Shown: piece after piece, positions 11,721 to 25,703 of the stretch | Layout of the letters: every line of letters starts with the position of its first letter | How positions within the stretch are numbered: the stretch's first letter is position 1 | Assembly (NCBI GenBank): GCA_964187785.1 | Contig: OZ076409.1 | Location: 39,992,001 to 40,056,000 of the forward strand | Length of the DNA: 64,000 nucleotides | Direction: 5' to 3' | DNA from: Amphiscolops sp. MND2022 | Lineage: Eukaryota | Made by a program: the position numbers and the translations under genes | The notes under the pieces: generated by a model | Told to the model about the DNA's origin: nothing | The model's input: the letters and a program-made list of their open reading frames with translations, nothing else | The model's database searches: none

Positions 11721-14700
11721 CGCGCCTGTGCTTTGGGGAAACAGTAGACGCGAGGGCGTATTCAACAGAGGATCCCCCTACCACACACGCTAATGACACA
11801 ACAATAGAATGCAATGGTACACAACCAAAGACTGGTTGAGACGACAAGCACTCGCCTCAATCAGAAGACCAATCCCACAACCAGATAAAGAGGAAAGCTA
11901 TGCCCAAGATAAAGACTATAGAGGCGACCGTACACATCACATAAACCCTCTATGCCAGTCTCATCTCAATGCCAAAGACCAGGCCCTTGCAACACAAGTA
12001 GAACACGAAAACACCCCTGACCACCAACTATCGTCACAATCAACAGAGGAAGATAATTACGGCGCCACCAAGAAATCCATCTTCCCAGACAATTTCCCTA
12101 CCTTGCTCAATTCAATCAAAGAGTACGTAACCGAAAACGACGGAAACACTTATATATATAAGAGCAACAGCCCTCAACAAGAGAATCAATATACGAATAG
12201 CCAATGTGACGGATTTCCCACATACACTAAAAAACCACACCAAACTGACAGAGTTACAAATCCTTAAACCTAAAGAAACAAAGCAAATATGACCCATTGA
12301 CGCTGCTGCACTCAAACTACTACAAGACCCTGTTGATACCCACATGTATGTGAATGAACTCATGAAATCCAATGAAAATGAACAAAACAGCGAGGACGAG
12401 CACACGCCAATACAACGACGAATTTCAAAAAAAATGCGTGAACTCATCAAAAAGAAGAACTGGATCCGACAAAAGATCAAGAGTCAAGAAAGAAATTCCT
12501 CGACTTGTTCCAATGGGAAGGATCACAAATCGAAGGAAACGATAAAAAACAACTTGAACAAACGATAATCGAATATAATGACATCTTTGCACGTCATCGA
12601 TTTGACATCGGCATCAACAACCGCTTCAAAGTAAAACTAACGCCGAAAGACGAACGTCCTATCTACACACAAAGTCTGCCCGTACCAATAAACTTGAAAG
12701 AAGATCTAACAGTCGAGTTGCACTAATGTACAGATATGGCATAAGAACGACTTTGCCATTTTCAAAATATGCAAGCCCAATCTTCGCACAACGAAAACTA
12801 AATGGCAAGTTACGTCTACTTGTCGACCTGCGAAAAATCAATGCCTTGATATCAGATGACTATATCAACAACAATCACCCACTCAGCACATTGTCAGATG
12901 CAGCTCAACACCTATCTGGGAAGAAACTGTTTTGTAAATTAGACTGCTCCCAGGCATACCATTGCCTGCAAATGGCAGATCAGAGATCAATCGAAATGCT
13001 AGTTTTCAACTTCGCAAGCAGGACATTCGCCTACAAACGCTTAGCACAAGGATTGAGCAGGGCTTTATCAGCATTTTCGAGCTTCATGAGAGAATATTCG
13101 GATAAAGTAATTAAAGCCGACCAATGCGCGCAAAACGTGGACGACATTGGAATAGCTGCCAATTCGGTGACGCAACTGATACGGAACATCCGAGCTGTTT
13201 TCGAATGCATCAGACAAGCATGACTCAAACTATCCATCGACAAATGCCATTTTGGAGTAACTGAGGTCGAATTCCTTGGAAGAACGATCACCCCACAAAG
13301 AATCGCCCCCAAGACCACAAGATCCAGAAGTTCTTAGCAAACGTACGATTCCCGAAATCAAAGAAAATAGTACAACCATACATACTCTTTGTCAACTACT
13401 ACCGCAAATATAACCCGCGGTTGTCAGAAAAAATACTTGGATTCGATGAACTACTGAAAGCAGACAAACAGATCAAAGTAACAGATGAATTGATAGACAA
13501 CTAACTACAAAGCGATCAACGCAGCGCTAGCGGAAGCATGCGGATTGGCTCACAAACAACCAATCACAGGACGCCAATACGTCCTAATGACGGACGCTAG
13601 TTTTCGCGCCTCAGGGTATGCGCTAATGATCGAAGAAGACAACGACAAAAAACTCAATTCCAAAAAGAAAACTTTTCCCCTGTAGCATTCAGTTCAAAGG
13701 TGTTTTCACCAGCACAACTGAAAATGTCAATTTATTGCAAAGAATTTCTGGCAATTTACCATGCTTTCCTCGAAAACAGTCATAACTTGTGGGAAACAAC
13801 TCTACCAACTCTTGTAATGACCGACAATAGATCAGTAACGAGATTTTTCCAAACAAAAGCAATTCCCCCTCACACTATGGAATGCATGTGATTACGTGTT
13901 GCAATTCATTTTCCACATTACGCACGTAGCGGGAACGCAAAATACAGCGGCTGACTTCTTATCAAGGATTGACCCTAACCCCAAAGGAAGAGTTGAACTA
14001 AAGATCAAGGACGACATCACGATTCGACCAATCCAAGTAAATCTGCAACCTACAGACGTCGCAGACGAAGAACAACTTTTCTTCCTTCCAGATGAAACAA
14101 TCGAAACTCAGGAAGAAATTCTTTTGCAGAAAGAACAAACTCGACGAACAGCGCGCGACGAAGTGACGACAAAAATAAAACTGGCCATACAAGAAACCAA
14201 CCCAATACCGATAAACAAGGCATCATACACCTTTGGAGCCTTAAAAGAAGACGCGCGTATCAGAGTAGAACGAGACTCAGACCTAGTCTTCAAAGCAATC
14301 AAAAAGAAACTGATATGTGAAGAACATGACAAACATCTCCTACAAACTGATCCGACAGCCAAACGTCTTTTTGTTCACGAAAATAGACTAATAGTCAAAG
14401 AGGGAATCCTAATGCGCAAATACTACCGGGAATGTGGACAAGTCTCACATCACCATATATTAATCCCCGAACATCTGATCACAGAACTTCTAAGAACCAT
14501 TCATGGACAAATACGAAAAAATCCAGGGATCAAAAATGATTCAGGAATGCAGATCAAAATACTACTACCCCGGATTAGCAAAAAAAAATTAAACAGTTGG
14601 TAATGCAATGTGAAGACTGCATAAAATACAAAAGAATCCACAATAGCCAAATCCGACCCCAAAATGATCAACAATACGGAACACGTCTTGAGACCGGAAG

Positions 14701-16011
14701 ACATACTCGAAATTGACATACAGCCGAATTTACCAAATACTGCGGGCTACCAGAACGTCGTAACAATCATCGACGTATTCTCGCGCTATCTATTCGCATA
14801 CCCAACGCAGAACGCCACAGCAAAGACAATTGGACGATGCATTGTCGACGTCATGACAAGACATGCTTTCCTACCAACATTGATTCTATCAGACAAAGGC
14901 TCACAATTCAGATCAGAAGTCGTCGCAGAGATAACGCAAATACTCGAAATCCGAATCAACCACGCGTCTACAGAGCATGTACAAACGATTGGAATTTTGG
15001 AAAGAACACACGCTTCAATCAAATACGCACTAAAAATATCGACGGGTGGAAGACGTTCAATGTGGCACAAATAAGTCCAAATTGCAGTCATGAACAATAA
15101 TACAACGTATCATGAAACTCTAGGGTGTGAACCATTCACGGTCTTCCACGGACGCATACCCTACAACTTTCTTGACCTAAAGTTAGGCATCAAGCCAAAG
15201 TGGGAAACTACGCCTAACTCAGATAGAGCAGAGCAGCTACAAAAACAAATTGACGAAGTGCAAGCAGCAGCAAAGGACAATATCATGCTGTTTTACCTCA
15301 TACAAAAAATACTACGACCGCAAAGCGCCTGCAGCTCCACTCAAAATAAATTTTTACTGCTACATCTTTAATCCGAAGGCCGACAATCAATCAACAAAAT
15401 TCGCATTTCAAGATTGCATTAGGACACGCCCGTACATAGTGATAAAAGTGCTCTCAAATAACAACTACACAATACGAAAAATTGGCATGAGATATACACA
15501 AACGCTACACAGAATCCGCATACGACCTTACGTGCTAGAAAACCGTATGCCTGACGTCACAGTACGAGCAAACGAATATCTTTCTGATCCAGACGTCAAG
15601 GTGTCGCACAATGAGTGGTACGCAGTATCGTGGGATATGGATTTTGGAAAGCAGATCGACAAACGCCAAACGCCAGAAAGCGCGGCAGATAATCAACAAG
15701 TAGTGACACAAAAAGTGACGAACACACATGACGAAACGACGACGCAGCAAATATCGGACAACCAAACAGAAGACACGAATGACGCACCGCCGCCGTCAAC
15801 GGGTTTCTCGAATCTTACTACAGACGCGGGGGATAATCCGTACATACGACGCCCCCGACCCATTGAAAGTCCACCTATTCCCCCAAGATCGCCGCCAACA
15901 ACCATCGGATACAACCCGAGAAAAATAGCAAAGTACAACTTGACACCTAATCCTAAAGCTAATACTAATCCTGACTTCAGACGACTTGACGCTATGACTA
16001 CTACTCACTAG
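11720..16011 (+). pseudogene. pol: Gypsy A pol (RT, RNase H, integrase; protease deleted; many lesions)
   Basis: RT motifs are YASPIF, KLRLLVDLRKIN, KLDCSQAYH, LAQGL and NVDD (YxDD mutated). RNase H TDAS is at about 13590. Integrase HHCC is at about 14500-14620 with the core IDVFSRYLFAYP, SDKGSQF and ILERTH. The RT-RH-IN order is Ty3/Gypsy. Confidence 0.92.
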
Positions 16012-16171
16012 GAAGAAAATGATAATATCAAGAGTCCAGACCGAACCGATCTGACAAATTTCAATTCAAGTAACTCTACAATCAACTGCAAGAAGACAGC
16101 AACAGATGAAAATGAAACAATAAATCAACAAAAGAAACATAGCAGTAACAAACAACTTGTCATTTAACGGA

Positions 16172-18848
16172 TCAATCAGACTCAAGAACAGTTTTCTTCT
16201 TTCTCCCACCTTTATCGGTGCCTCTCTTTGCGCGCCTCACAGAACTTCGCCCTTTACTAGAACATGAACTGGACTGCTCTCCGGAATCAACGGCAACTTT
16301 CGATCCACTCACAACAGGCACTGTACTACTTCTCTTTTCACCTAGGGAAGTGGCCAATGAAGACTGTAACTCTTTACGACTCTTCTTCGTCGAACTGACT
16401 ACACATACTGCACTTCGCCCAGGGGAAGCAACAGCTGACCCAGCTCCAGACACAACAGAACCGCCGGAACGCACATCTCGCGAACGTTCTGGGGCACTGC
16501 GAAGTCGATTTTCAGCATTCTTCTTCTTTTGAGCAAGATGAGCAGCAAATAGGTCACTATAACGACAAACGAAAGCACAACGATCACCCTGTGCAATTTC
16601 GGCCCAAGGATCAAAATTAGTAGATTCCATAAATTCGTGAGGCTTCACAAGTGAATCCTGGACCGCATCCATTGTGGCAACGGTAAAAAAGCACCTTGCT
16701 TGAAAGTTGGCATACGGACATAGCTTTGAACACACTTGAAGGCCAAACTCAACACCACAGCAGGAACATTACAGTTTGAAAGATCAATGCCGCATTGAAT
16801 TCTTTAGCACGACCAAGCTGCATTACTGCAAAACACGGATAAGATTATGGCGAGACAGGAACCCATAATCCGACAACAGATACGCAACAACGTCGTTTAT
16901 TGCCGAAGCAGCCCGCTCTGATTCTTCATGACGGAAACGTGCCTCCACAAGAAATGCAGCAAACTCTTCAACACTGGCATTGACAGCATCGCGCGACAAA
17001 CAACCAACTTTCTCCAATACACGTACCAGTTTACCAAAGAGTCCAAAGATGTAACGATAATCTCCTTCAAAAAGCATCTCAGGGCAAAAGCAATAAATCC
17101 CCTGGTAGAAGTTGCCATTCACAAGATGTAGCGATAAAATGGCGTCCACAAGATGATCCATAAAGTCAAGGCAACGATTGCGCACATCGCGCACCTCTCC
17201 AGTATTGGCTCTTCTCAATGCATCTCCGAAAGGTTGATTGTCCAAGAAATCATTGGCATCTATCTTGCCCAGAGCAGCTACTCTGGACGAGTCCATGTAA
17301 GCATCCCAGTCGGTCAGCACAGGCATATCGGCAACTCGTCGTGTCTGTGATAGCAGGCAGTACACAAATTCACACAGTTCGCCGTAACTGTGAAAGCCAT
17401 ATTCAGTACGGTTTGAGAGCTGCTTCTTGAAGACGCGGTGTTCTGGAAACGAACAAACCGTAAAAACCAAGATTACCCAAAACTACGCGATCAGTTTCCG
17501 ACAACGACAACTAACAGAGATCCAGAATGTGCAGCAACAATCCCAGCAAGAAGTCAGTCGTATTACTTGCGCACACGAACCTGTTAATGCTCTGCATCTG
17601 AAACAACAACGGAAAATTCAGTAACAATGGATATAGACAAGACGAGAAACCACTTTTCCCTTTTTTCTCTCTCAACCCATCTTAGCAACTTAACAAAAAA
17701 ACACTTCTCATATCCTCTACAAAGAAATAAACAGGACGTACCTTCTCTCTGGCGCTTTTGATAGGATGAGGCCCAGTATGACGCACATACTCCCGCACGA
17801 AGGTCCGGACAGAAAGCAACTCGGACACGACATCTCGAAGTCCAGCAAATCCGACAGATCCAACGACAATAGCGCGTCGCAAGGCTGGCACATCTTCCGA
17901 CCAGGGCTCCTTCAAAGCCCCTTCAGTCGCAGCAGGAGGAAGTCGACCATGGACGTCGTCTCAAAGGCGCTGAACACCTCCTGATGGCTATGACGAAAAC
18001 ATCGCAAGAACACGTCAGAGGAAAACTTACGACAGAAACGACAGAAGGCAAACTGTCGACCATCGTCCCGGTTGTCGCTAAGAACCCAAAGCAAAGTGGG
18101 ACTGCCACCTCGAATACTCAGAGGCAAACGAGAACCAGGAATGACGCTCACTAGACGGGACAAAGTAGCAAGTTTGACGTCAGGAACACGTTGTCCAGCA
18201 GGCTCAGCATGTATACACACCTCCAACAGAGTGTGTTTCTCCCACGTTCTCACAACACAGATCTGCTCGTCATCCACCTCATCGAAAGTCACACTGTACT
18301 CGCCAAAGGTGACAATGCGAGCATTCAGAGCCCGGAGAACACGAGGGAACAAGGCACGGCAAACCAGCGACTACAACAAAGCCTGCAGTCAAATCAGCAA
18401 CACAATCACATGACAAGGCGAACAATAAAACATAATTACAAATCCAAAACTAACGTTTGAATGACCCACAGCGACTCCACATCACATTGTACAGTGGGTC
18501 CTCAGACTCGAGAGTGGCACGAAAGCAATCCCAGAGACGTCGCAGTAACACGTAGCTCCCACCACAGCACAGAAGTTCCAGGAGACAGTTCACCATCGTC
18601 GTCAGAGGAGCGTTTGATCCCTCCCGAGTACAAGGAGGCAAAAGGTCCTCGGGGAAAGAGAAACCTTCAGCTCGACCACGACAAGGCCGCGAAGAGTATT
18701 CTGCTCTCTTCTCAGCACTCAACGTCAGAGGATCGCGCATTCGCCCATAGACCGGAAGTCCGTTGTGCACTTTGTAAGTTACATCGGCCTGCCAATGTTT
18801 GAAGGTCGCAAAATGACGATCAAACTCTCCAGCCTCCCTCGTCGACAT
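16172..18848 (-). pseudogene. Antisense accessory ORF cluster downstream of Gypsy A pol
   Basis: Minus-strand ORFs of 187, 215, 77, 146 and 132 aa follow pol. The 16735-17470 part is homologous to 57594-58100 (-): CFCPEMLFEGD vs CFPADLILQGD and VQSYVRMPTF vs VQSYVSFPSF. Confidence 0.55.
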
Positions 18849-18894
18849 GAAAACATCGCGGTGACAAATGGTGCAATAGAAGGCCCATGGAAAG

Positions 18895-21800
18895 CCAGTG
18901 CAGGACCCACTTACAAAAAAGCTGTAGACTGGGTGGTCAGTGCTGTTGCGTTCATTTTTTTCCGGCCGTGGGGGAGGGCCCCTCTGAGGCCGGTCATTTT
19001 TCAGGTAACAGCTTTCTTATACAAAAAAGCGGGAAAAAACCTCAGTGCTCAAATCCCAACCGTCAGAATGAGCTGAAATTTGGCATGTAGCTAGTGCATT
19101 GCAAATGATTAGGATGGGTTATAACGCTATGTTTGGCAAAATTGGTTTTGTTGCATTTTTTTTGTCATATAGGGCCAAAAATGGCCTTTTTTGCGTATTT
19201 TTTGCTTGACTAGCTAATAACTCGCGTTGGGTTGGTACTAGCGATACGGGTGTGGGGTATGGAATTGAAAGATTACCAAGTACCTTGCTGATGACGTTAT
19301 TTGATTTCCGCTCACATCACCCCCACGCCGGAAATGCCCAATTTGTCACTTCCGGTCGCTATTTTTGACTTTTTTGGATGGAGTTAAAACCCATTTCCGG
19401 TGTGAAGGAGTAGGTTGAGCGCTCCAACCACGATTTACTAAAAGTAGGTTTAGACAAAGTCCTTTCAAGAAAAAAGTAATATGAGCCCGTACCTATCACC
19501 CGCTCACCGGAAATAGGGGTCACGCCTCCTTTTTCTGTGTTGCAAAAGTGACATGTGCACATTTGTCCAACTCCGAAGCCCCGGAGCACCGTGGGACCCT
19601 TATACTTTCTAAACACCTATCCCACACGCTACCGGAAGTGACCGGAAGTTTCACCGGAAATGACATCCTTGGACCGGAAATGGTCAAAAAATGACTTTTC
19701 AATGCAAAATAGACACATTTGGTGCGATTTTTAGGCAAAAAGCATAGTTCGTGAAACGCTTGTTGCAGTTGGAAGGGCCATTGTTCAGCAAGAATGCGTA
19801 CAGCATTACGTAGCACATCAAGTAGTTGATACTTTTTCGTCCATAATATCCTTAGGACCGGAAATGGCCATTTTTGAATCGGAAACTTCTTCAGCTTGAT
19901 TTTTAACAGGTTTTTCCGCAATATTAGCGTAGGAATTGCTCGTCGGATGCTGTAGGTCTATTTTAAAACTAGCTAACTGCTTCTTAGAAATGTATTTCAG
20001 AAGTCCCAACCAATTCCAGAATACCGGAAATAAGAGTAATTGCCTCCTTTATGACCTTTGAATAATAAATTGTTAAAATCCGCATATTATTTTTTTCCAC
20101 ACTTGTTGCTGAGATTATATCTAAGCAATAACATGTGCTTGTCATGAAGTGCTGTAATGTGGGAGTTACGAATATTGCTATTTAAGAGTATTACATACGT
20201 GAATATCCGCCGTAATAAAGATTTTTTAAAACAACCACTTTTGAAGTCCTATAGATTGTCCGCACACCCGAAACAATTCAAGTTTCTAGTTTCGATTTTA
20301 AGGCTTCCGCGACTATTTAGTTGAGATGATAGTTTTCACGTTCTCTGCAAAACGTGCATTTCATTGTGTTTTTGACATTTATTGGGCTGTTTCACATTGT
20401 AATTCAAAACTAATTGATCATACAATTTGGAACAATTGAAAATTTTCAATTGAACAATAAATGTTTTAATAGTTTCTCTTTCGTTGAAGATACTATTTTG
20501 TGGCCATTAGAACAGGTTGAATTAGTTGAATAAGTAGCCAGTGCGATACATCGTTTAATACATAGCGTTTGACATCGGTTTTTTTGCGAACAAAGAGAAG
20601 CATGATTTGTTGAAAGTTTTTACCATATCGCTTCAAATCGGGTGTGACAAACAAGGAATTTCTCGTTTTATGTGCTACTCCGAAAGCAACCTGAAAACGC
20701 AAATCGATCTATTGAATTATCGAGATGAAACTAAGCATTTCAAGTCTGGATTTCAATTTAATTCTATCACTCCGGTCTATTTTTATGTCGCAAGAGTGAT
20801 AAAGCGTGTTAGCAAGGTTAAACACATCGAACAATTTTAATAATAAAGCCTCCGGAAAGGGAAGAAAAAATGAGTTTTCCTGTCAAAACTATGATAACCA
20901 CGTACGAAACATCAAGTTTTTGTATTGTTCAATAGTCCAAAACGTGAATGAAGTTTTTAAATATCCAAGCGTTTCTAATCAAGCATGCGTTTCAACTGTC
21001 TGACAGGGCAGCATCGTTCTCAAAAAACATTGCTTTCAATGTGGTTTGATACCAGCAAAACGAACGTAGGCACAACCAGATTCTCAAATTTCTTGCAAAA
21101 CAGCCGATTTCTTTGAAAATCCAAATTGATTTCACAGGGTATATGGTGAAACCCTGTTGGATTCCAAAAATGAAAAGCTGATTTCTTGGGTTTGCGAGAT
21201 AAAAGACAACGGGAATCTGAAAGCAAGTCATCTCAATAAAATACCTGTTGCTCTTTAAACAAATGGACTTTAGTAGTCGAAATTTTTTCTCAGACACTTT
21301 CGATCAGAGAATGTTTGAGTCCTAACGTTCGAATCAGGTTGGTTTCAGGTGGCTCGAAGTGCCAGCTGAACCAACCTTTCAAATAAAGAAAAACCCCACA
21401 TCTCCCTTCATGCCACGCTATCCCGTATAGCGTTTCAACTTGACAGAAGTTGGAACGTTTGATTTTGGCGTCGCTTGGGATTGACACACCAGTGTTGATA
21501 CTAAATTTGGCAAAGAGAAATCGCAGAAATGATTGTTTCTTTTTTTTCCCTTTGATTTAGTCTGTCGAGCGTACAAAGCAGTTTGGGAAACTAACTTGCA
21601 TTTCCACTGAACGAAAAAAAGTAGTAGCCTTGCAAACTCCTGGAAGAAATTGAATCAGGTTTTCCTATTTGTGAGATCAGCTGTCACTCAATTATCAATT
21701 ACTTTTTTAAAAATTTTTAGGAACAACTAACCTAACTCTGCTCGACTCTCTTGAATAATGCAACAATCGTTTACTGATCTGTACTCGTGAGAAAAAAATC

Positions 21801-23370
21801 AACTGCAGGTCCAAAAACAATCTATATATCTTTGGTTTATTCCGTGCAAAGCTTTTTTTCACACCATGTGACTCAACTATAACATGTATGTAATGAAACC
21901 AATAACACCTTCAACTATCAACGCCCACCGTCCGTAGGCATGCCGAGGCATGCCTTTCGACGACGCGCGCCGGAAACAATCTAACGGCGCCACCCGCTTC
22001 TGGGTGGTCGGGTATTTTTTTTTACTCGTATATGACGTTTGCGAGGCTTTGGGGAGGGCCCCGTGCCGAGCCTGTTCCGAAAATCGCCACATGTAGAAAT
22101 CTGGCACTAAAATGCGAGATCTCAAAAAGTAGCCGTTAAAATTCTCTGAAATTTTGCATGTGGCTCAGAATTAATGAGTAATGAAAAAGTGTAAGAGTGA
22201 AGGTCGCTGAAAAAATGGTCCTTGTTGCACTTTTTGCGCAATTTTTGTCTGATTGTTGCGTTTTTTATGTCATTTTCGACTTTTCAAGCAAAAAACTCAT
22301 GGATGCTTTGTTCCTAGCGCATCAAGTGTGGAGCACGAAAAGTTATAGCATCTCCAATTGCGTATGCTGAGAAAATTTGGTTGCCGTCGGGTTACCCCCC
22401 ACAGAGGTAGAGGGGTACTTCCGGTTATTTTTGACCCCCTAAATTAGGTAAACTGCTAATTTTTGTAATGAAGCCGTAGATTTAGCGTGTCCGCACCCTG
22501 CTGAAGTTTTGTTAGGCATTTTGAGAGAGACCCAATGACATGTGTTCAGTTCACCCCCCATCACCCCCTTGACCGGAAACGAACTTTTTTGTGTACATTC
22601 AGACCGGAAGTCTCCATTTTCACCGGTAAGCAGTCCTTGAACGAGCAACTAGCAGGATATCAAAATTGAAGTATAACCCAGGGTCAACTTAATGACCACG
22701 TGTTGTCCAGTCATGGGTTTCACTAATACCGGAAATGGGCTCAAAACCCCACTTTTAGTAGTTTTTTATCAATTTGAATAGTGTTTGGTCCACATTCAGG
22801 TGGCGTAAGTCATTTGCACCAGTGTGAGTATTAACTGCATGTTCACTGCGTAGGCGTAACTGACACTGTCAGATACCGGAAGTAACCCCATATGACCGGA
22901 AGTGGTCACTTTTGACCGGAAATGGTCCAAAAAGTAGCGTAAAAGCAGTTTTTCACTACTTTTTAGGGACAATTTTTTACTTTTTTTTCAATCTGAATGC
23001 CTCCTTTATACTACCAAAGCTAACATCGTTGCCTGTTTTGCTAAAGATTTGGCAATTGATTACCTTTATCAACCCCGATAGCCTTCCAAGTTGACCTTGG
23101 GTCAATCTTGAAGGCTATCTATACTTAAAACGAAAAATCGTGATAAATTGTTTTCTCCATTACGTTGATAATTTTTCCTTGATGTCAAATTGTTAAGCAA
23201 AGACTTTTAAGCAAATTAATGATCTGAATCTTGTTCAGAGGTCTCACCCTGAGGAAGATTATTTGAGATTGAAGTAAACTGAGAATGAGGTTAGTATTTG
23301 TCAACATCAGAGAATCTTATCAACGCCCACCGTCTGTGGGCATGCCGAGGCATGCCCTTCGACGACGTAT
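18895..23370. mobile_element. Cluster of non-coding DNA-transposon-like insertions (ACCGGAAGT/ACCGGAAAT-rich)
   Basis: There are many ACCGGAART motifs at 19350-20030 and 22400-22930, with no credible ORF. The 48-bp block ATCAACGCCCACCGTC...GGCATGCCGAGGCATGCC..TCGACGACG occurs at about 21917 and about 23319. Boundaries are approximate. Confidence 0.45.
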
Positions 23371-23519
23371 GCCAAATAGCGCCACAGGGCGCCCACACTT
23401 TTGCTAGGTTATCTCCGACCATATCCCGTCGTAGTCGGGTACGGGCACTGTACTGCTTCGGTTTGTCACGTGAGCTGTTCAACCCCTCCAGATTGTTCTC
23501 CTTCCGAGTCATAAGCTCC

Positions 23520-25604
23520 TGAAACGCTAAAACAACACGACCAAATCTCGAATATCATATACATACTTTCACCTTACCAGTAAAATAACGCAACACGTAC
23601 TGGCCAACAAAGTCTCCACAGTCCTGTTCTCAACCTCAGTCGCAACGATACCGCCTAGAACAGCAGTTTGCTGAGGTGTGAATGGCGCCACTGATTCCAC
23701 ACTCGAATCTTCATCAGTACCTACAAAAGCAACACGTGATCAAGCAATAATAACACAGGCCAACAATATCAAAACATCACCAAAACAGTTTATTACTATC
23801 AGATCGAGACTGTTGACGATGTGACTTCAACGCAGCAGGACTATGACGATAGCGTTTCGAACGTTGTTTCCCTGGTTCTGCAACCGGTGCGACTAGAACA
23901 ACATAATGAAGCAATCACACACCAATAAGAACCCATCACGAAAAACTACAATTACAAAATGCCGAACCTCGTTTCTGACTAGACTTCTCGTCTGCGACAT
24001 CAAAGATTGAACTGATATTAGGCAACCAAGTTGATGCACCAGCCTCGACAGAGCCCTGCAGAAGGAAACCAGCCTCACTGGTATTTCCAGCCCCTACAGC
24101 AGTCAACGCGGGCATTGAGTTTTTCTCTCCAGGAGGGGGAGCAGTCTCACCTGCATGAGACGAAGTAGCTTCGACGGTAACTTCCTCAGCAAAAGTGACT
24201 GCAGCCGTACGGGAAGAAGAAACAACTCCACCAACAGACGTAAAGTTGGCCGCAGCATCTGCGAGAAGTGGCCCGGAAGGATCAGCAACCAAACTTTGCA
24301 AGGGCACACCAAGACCATCATCATCAGAAGAAGAAGGCTCTTTTCCTTGGGAATCAGGCGGCGCAGGCACAGAAGCAGAAGAAGTTGGAACGATCTCAGG
24401 AGAAATTCCGCCAGGAGGAGGGACAGCAGCAACAACAGCAGAAACTTGCCCTAGTACAAACACTATTCCAAAATCCACGCGTCAAGAAAACCTAAGCTGT
24501 GGAAATGCAAGTATGGAAAAGGCGTACTCATACAATGTGTTATCTAAAAAAGCCTAATGGGGAATGGAATATTGTACTCACTAGCTGTTGCACGACGAAC
24601 GTCATCAGCGTCACTGTGAGGCATGTCCCCCTCAGAGAAGACAAATTGAGTTTCGTTTCCGCTCACTAAACCCGAGTCAATGAAGCCACGGGAGTGAGAC
24701 ATTGCAAGCAGCTCGGAGTCTGAAAACAAACAGAGTGAAAACAACAACCAACGAAACTGACGTCGGCATAACGTCGACAAAAAAGGTTATCGGGATTAAA
24801 ATATTAATCCTATACTCTATAATGACGTCATCATAACGGTGACAAAAGTCAGAGCCAGATGAAAGCTAGCGAAACTGACGTCAGCATAACGTTGACAAAA
24901 TTTGTCAAGCGAAATATTTAATTTGCGGCCAATAAAAACGCGACGTTGGCATAACGCCAACACCTGAGGATTAAAAGAATTAGAATGATTGATTAACCAA
25001 TCAAAAGGTAGGGATTTATCCCAATATTCTCTTTAATCCTAAATTAATCCTAAAATCATCGTTTAACAATCAAATTACGAGCGACAGTTGAACGACAAAA
25101 TGAGCAACATCATAGACGTTTTTGAACTTGTGGACATCTCCTCTGAAGAGGAAGGCAAAAAAAGACATCATGACAGAAAGGGAAAGGACTTCTACCCTGT
25201 TCCAAGAAATTATCAAGAGAACTACAGGATTGTTTTGGAAGTATCCCATTCCTCCACGGGAGCTCTCGCTGATGAAGAGGAATACTTCGATATCTCTTGA
25301 TTCGCTAGAGTTTAACTGCAAACGGATGAAACTAGATTCTAGTCTTGAATCATTAAGCCCAGAAAATCGCCATTACTCGTCAGTTGAATCTCTTCATAGT
25401 GCAATGATTGAAAGCCCAGAAAACCCAAACGAACTGGAAAACAGAAATGAAAGTGATGCTGACGACAATTCAGGAGTATTCATAGTAGAAAGTCATGAAA
25501 CACCCAGCACAGAATCCATAAAAAGTATAGTCATAGCAGATTTTCTGGATCAAGTAAGAGAAAAAGAAGCAAGCTCCTATTTTGTAACCCCCCTGGACAA
25601 CTGA
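23520..25604. mobile_element. Probable retrotransposon 3' internal region (low-complexity antisense ORFs)
   Basis: A Ser/Pro/Ala-rich minus-strand ORF (23936-24478) resembles the other antisense accessory ORFs in composition and lies just before the LTR copy at 25704. I recognised no domain. Confidence 0.3.
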
Positions 25605-25703
25605 AAAAAGTGAACGTACAACCAATAAGTCCTTTGAACGACCTGGAGAAGGGAACTTGCACGGTCGCTACTACCTCGATTTTTGTCTCTCAACGGCGAA
25701 CCC

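Noticed and set aside
20400..21500. Decayed coding sequence of a transposase or Polinton gene
   Set aside because: It has only short broken ORFs with no recognisable motif.
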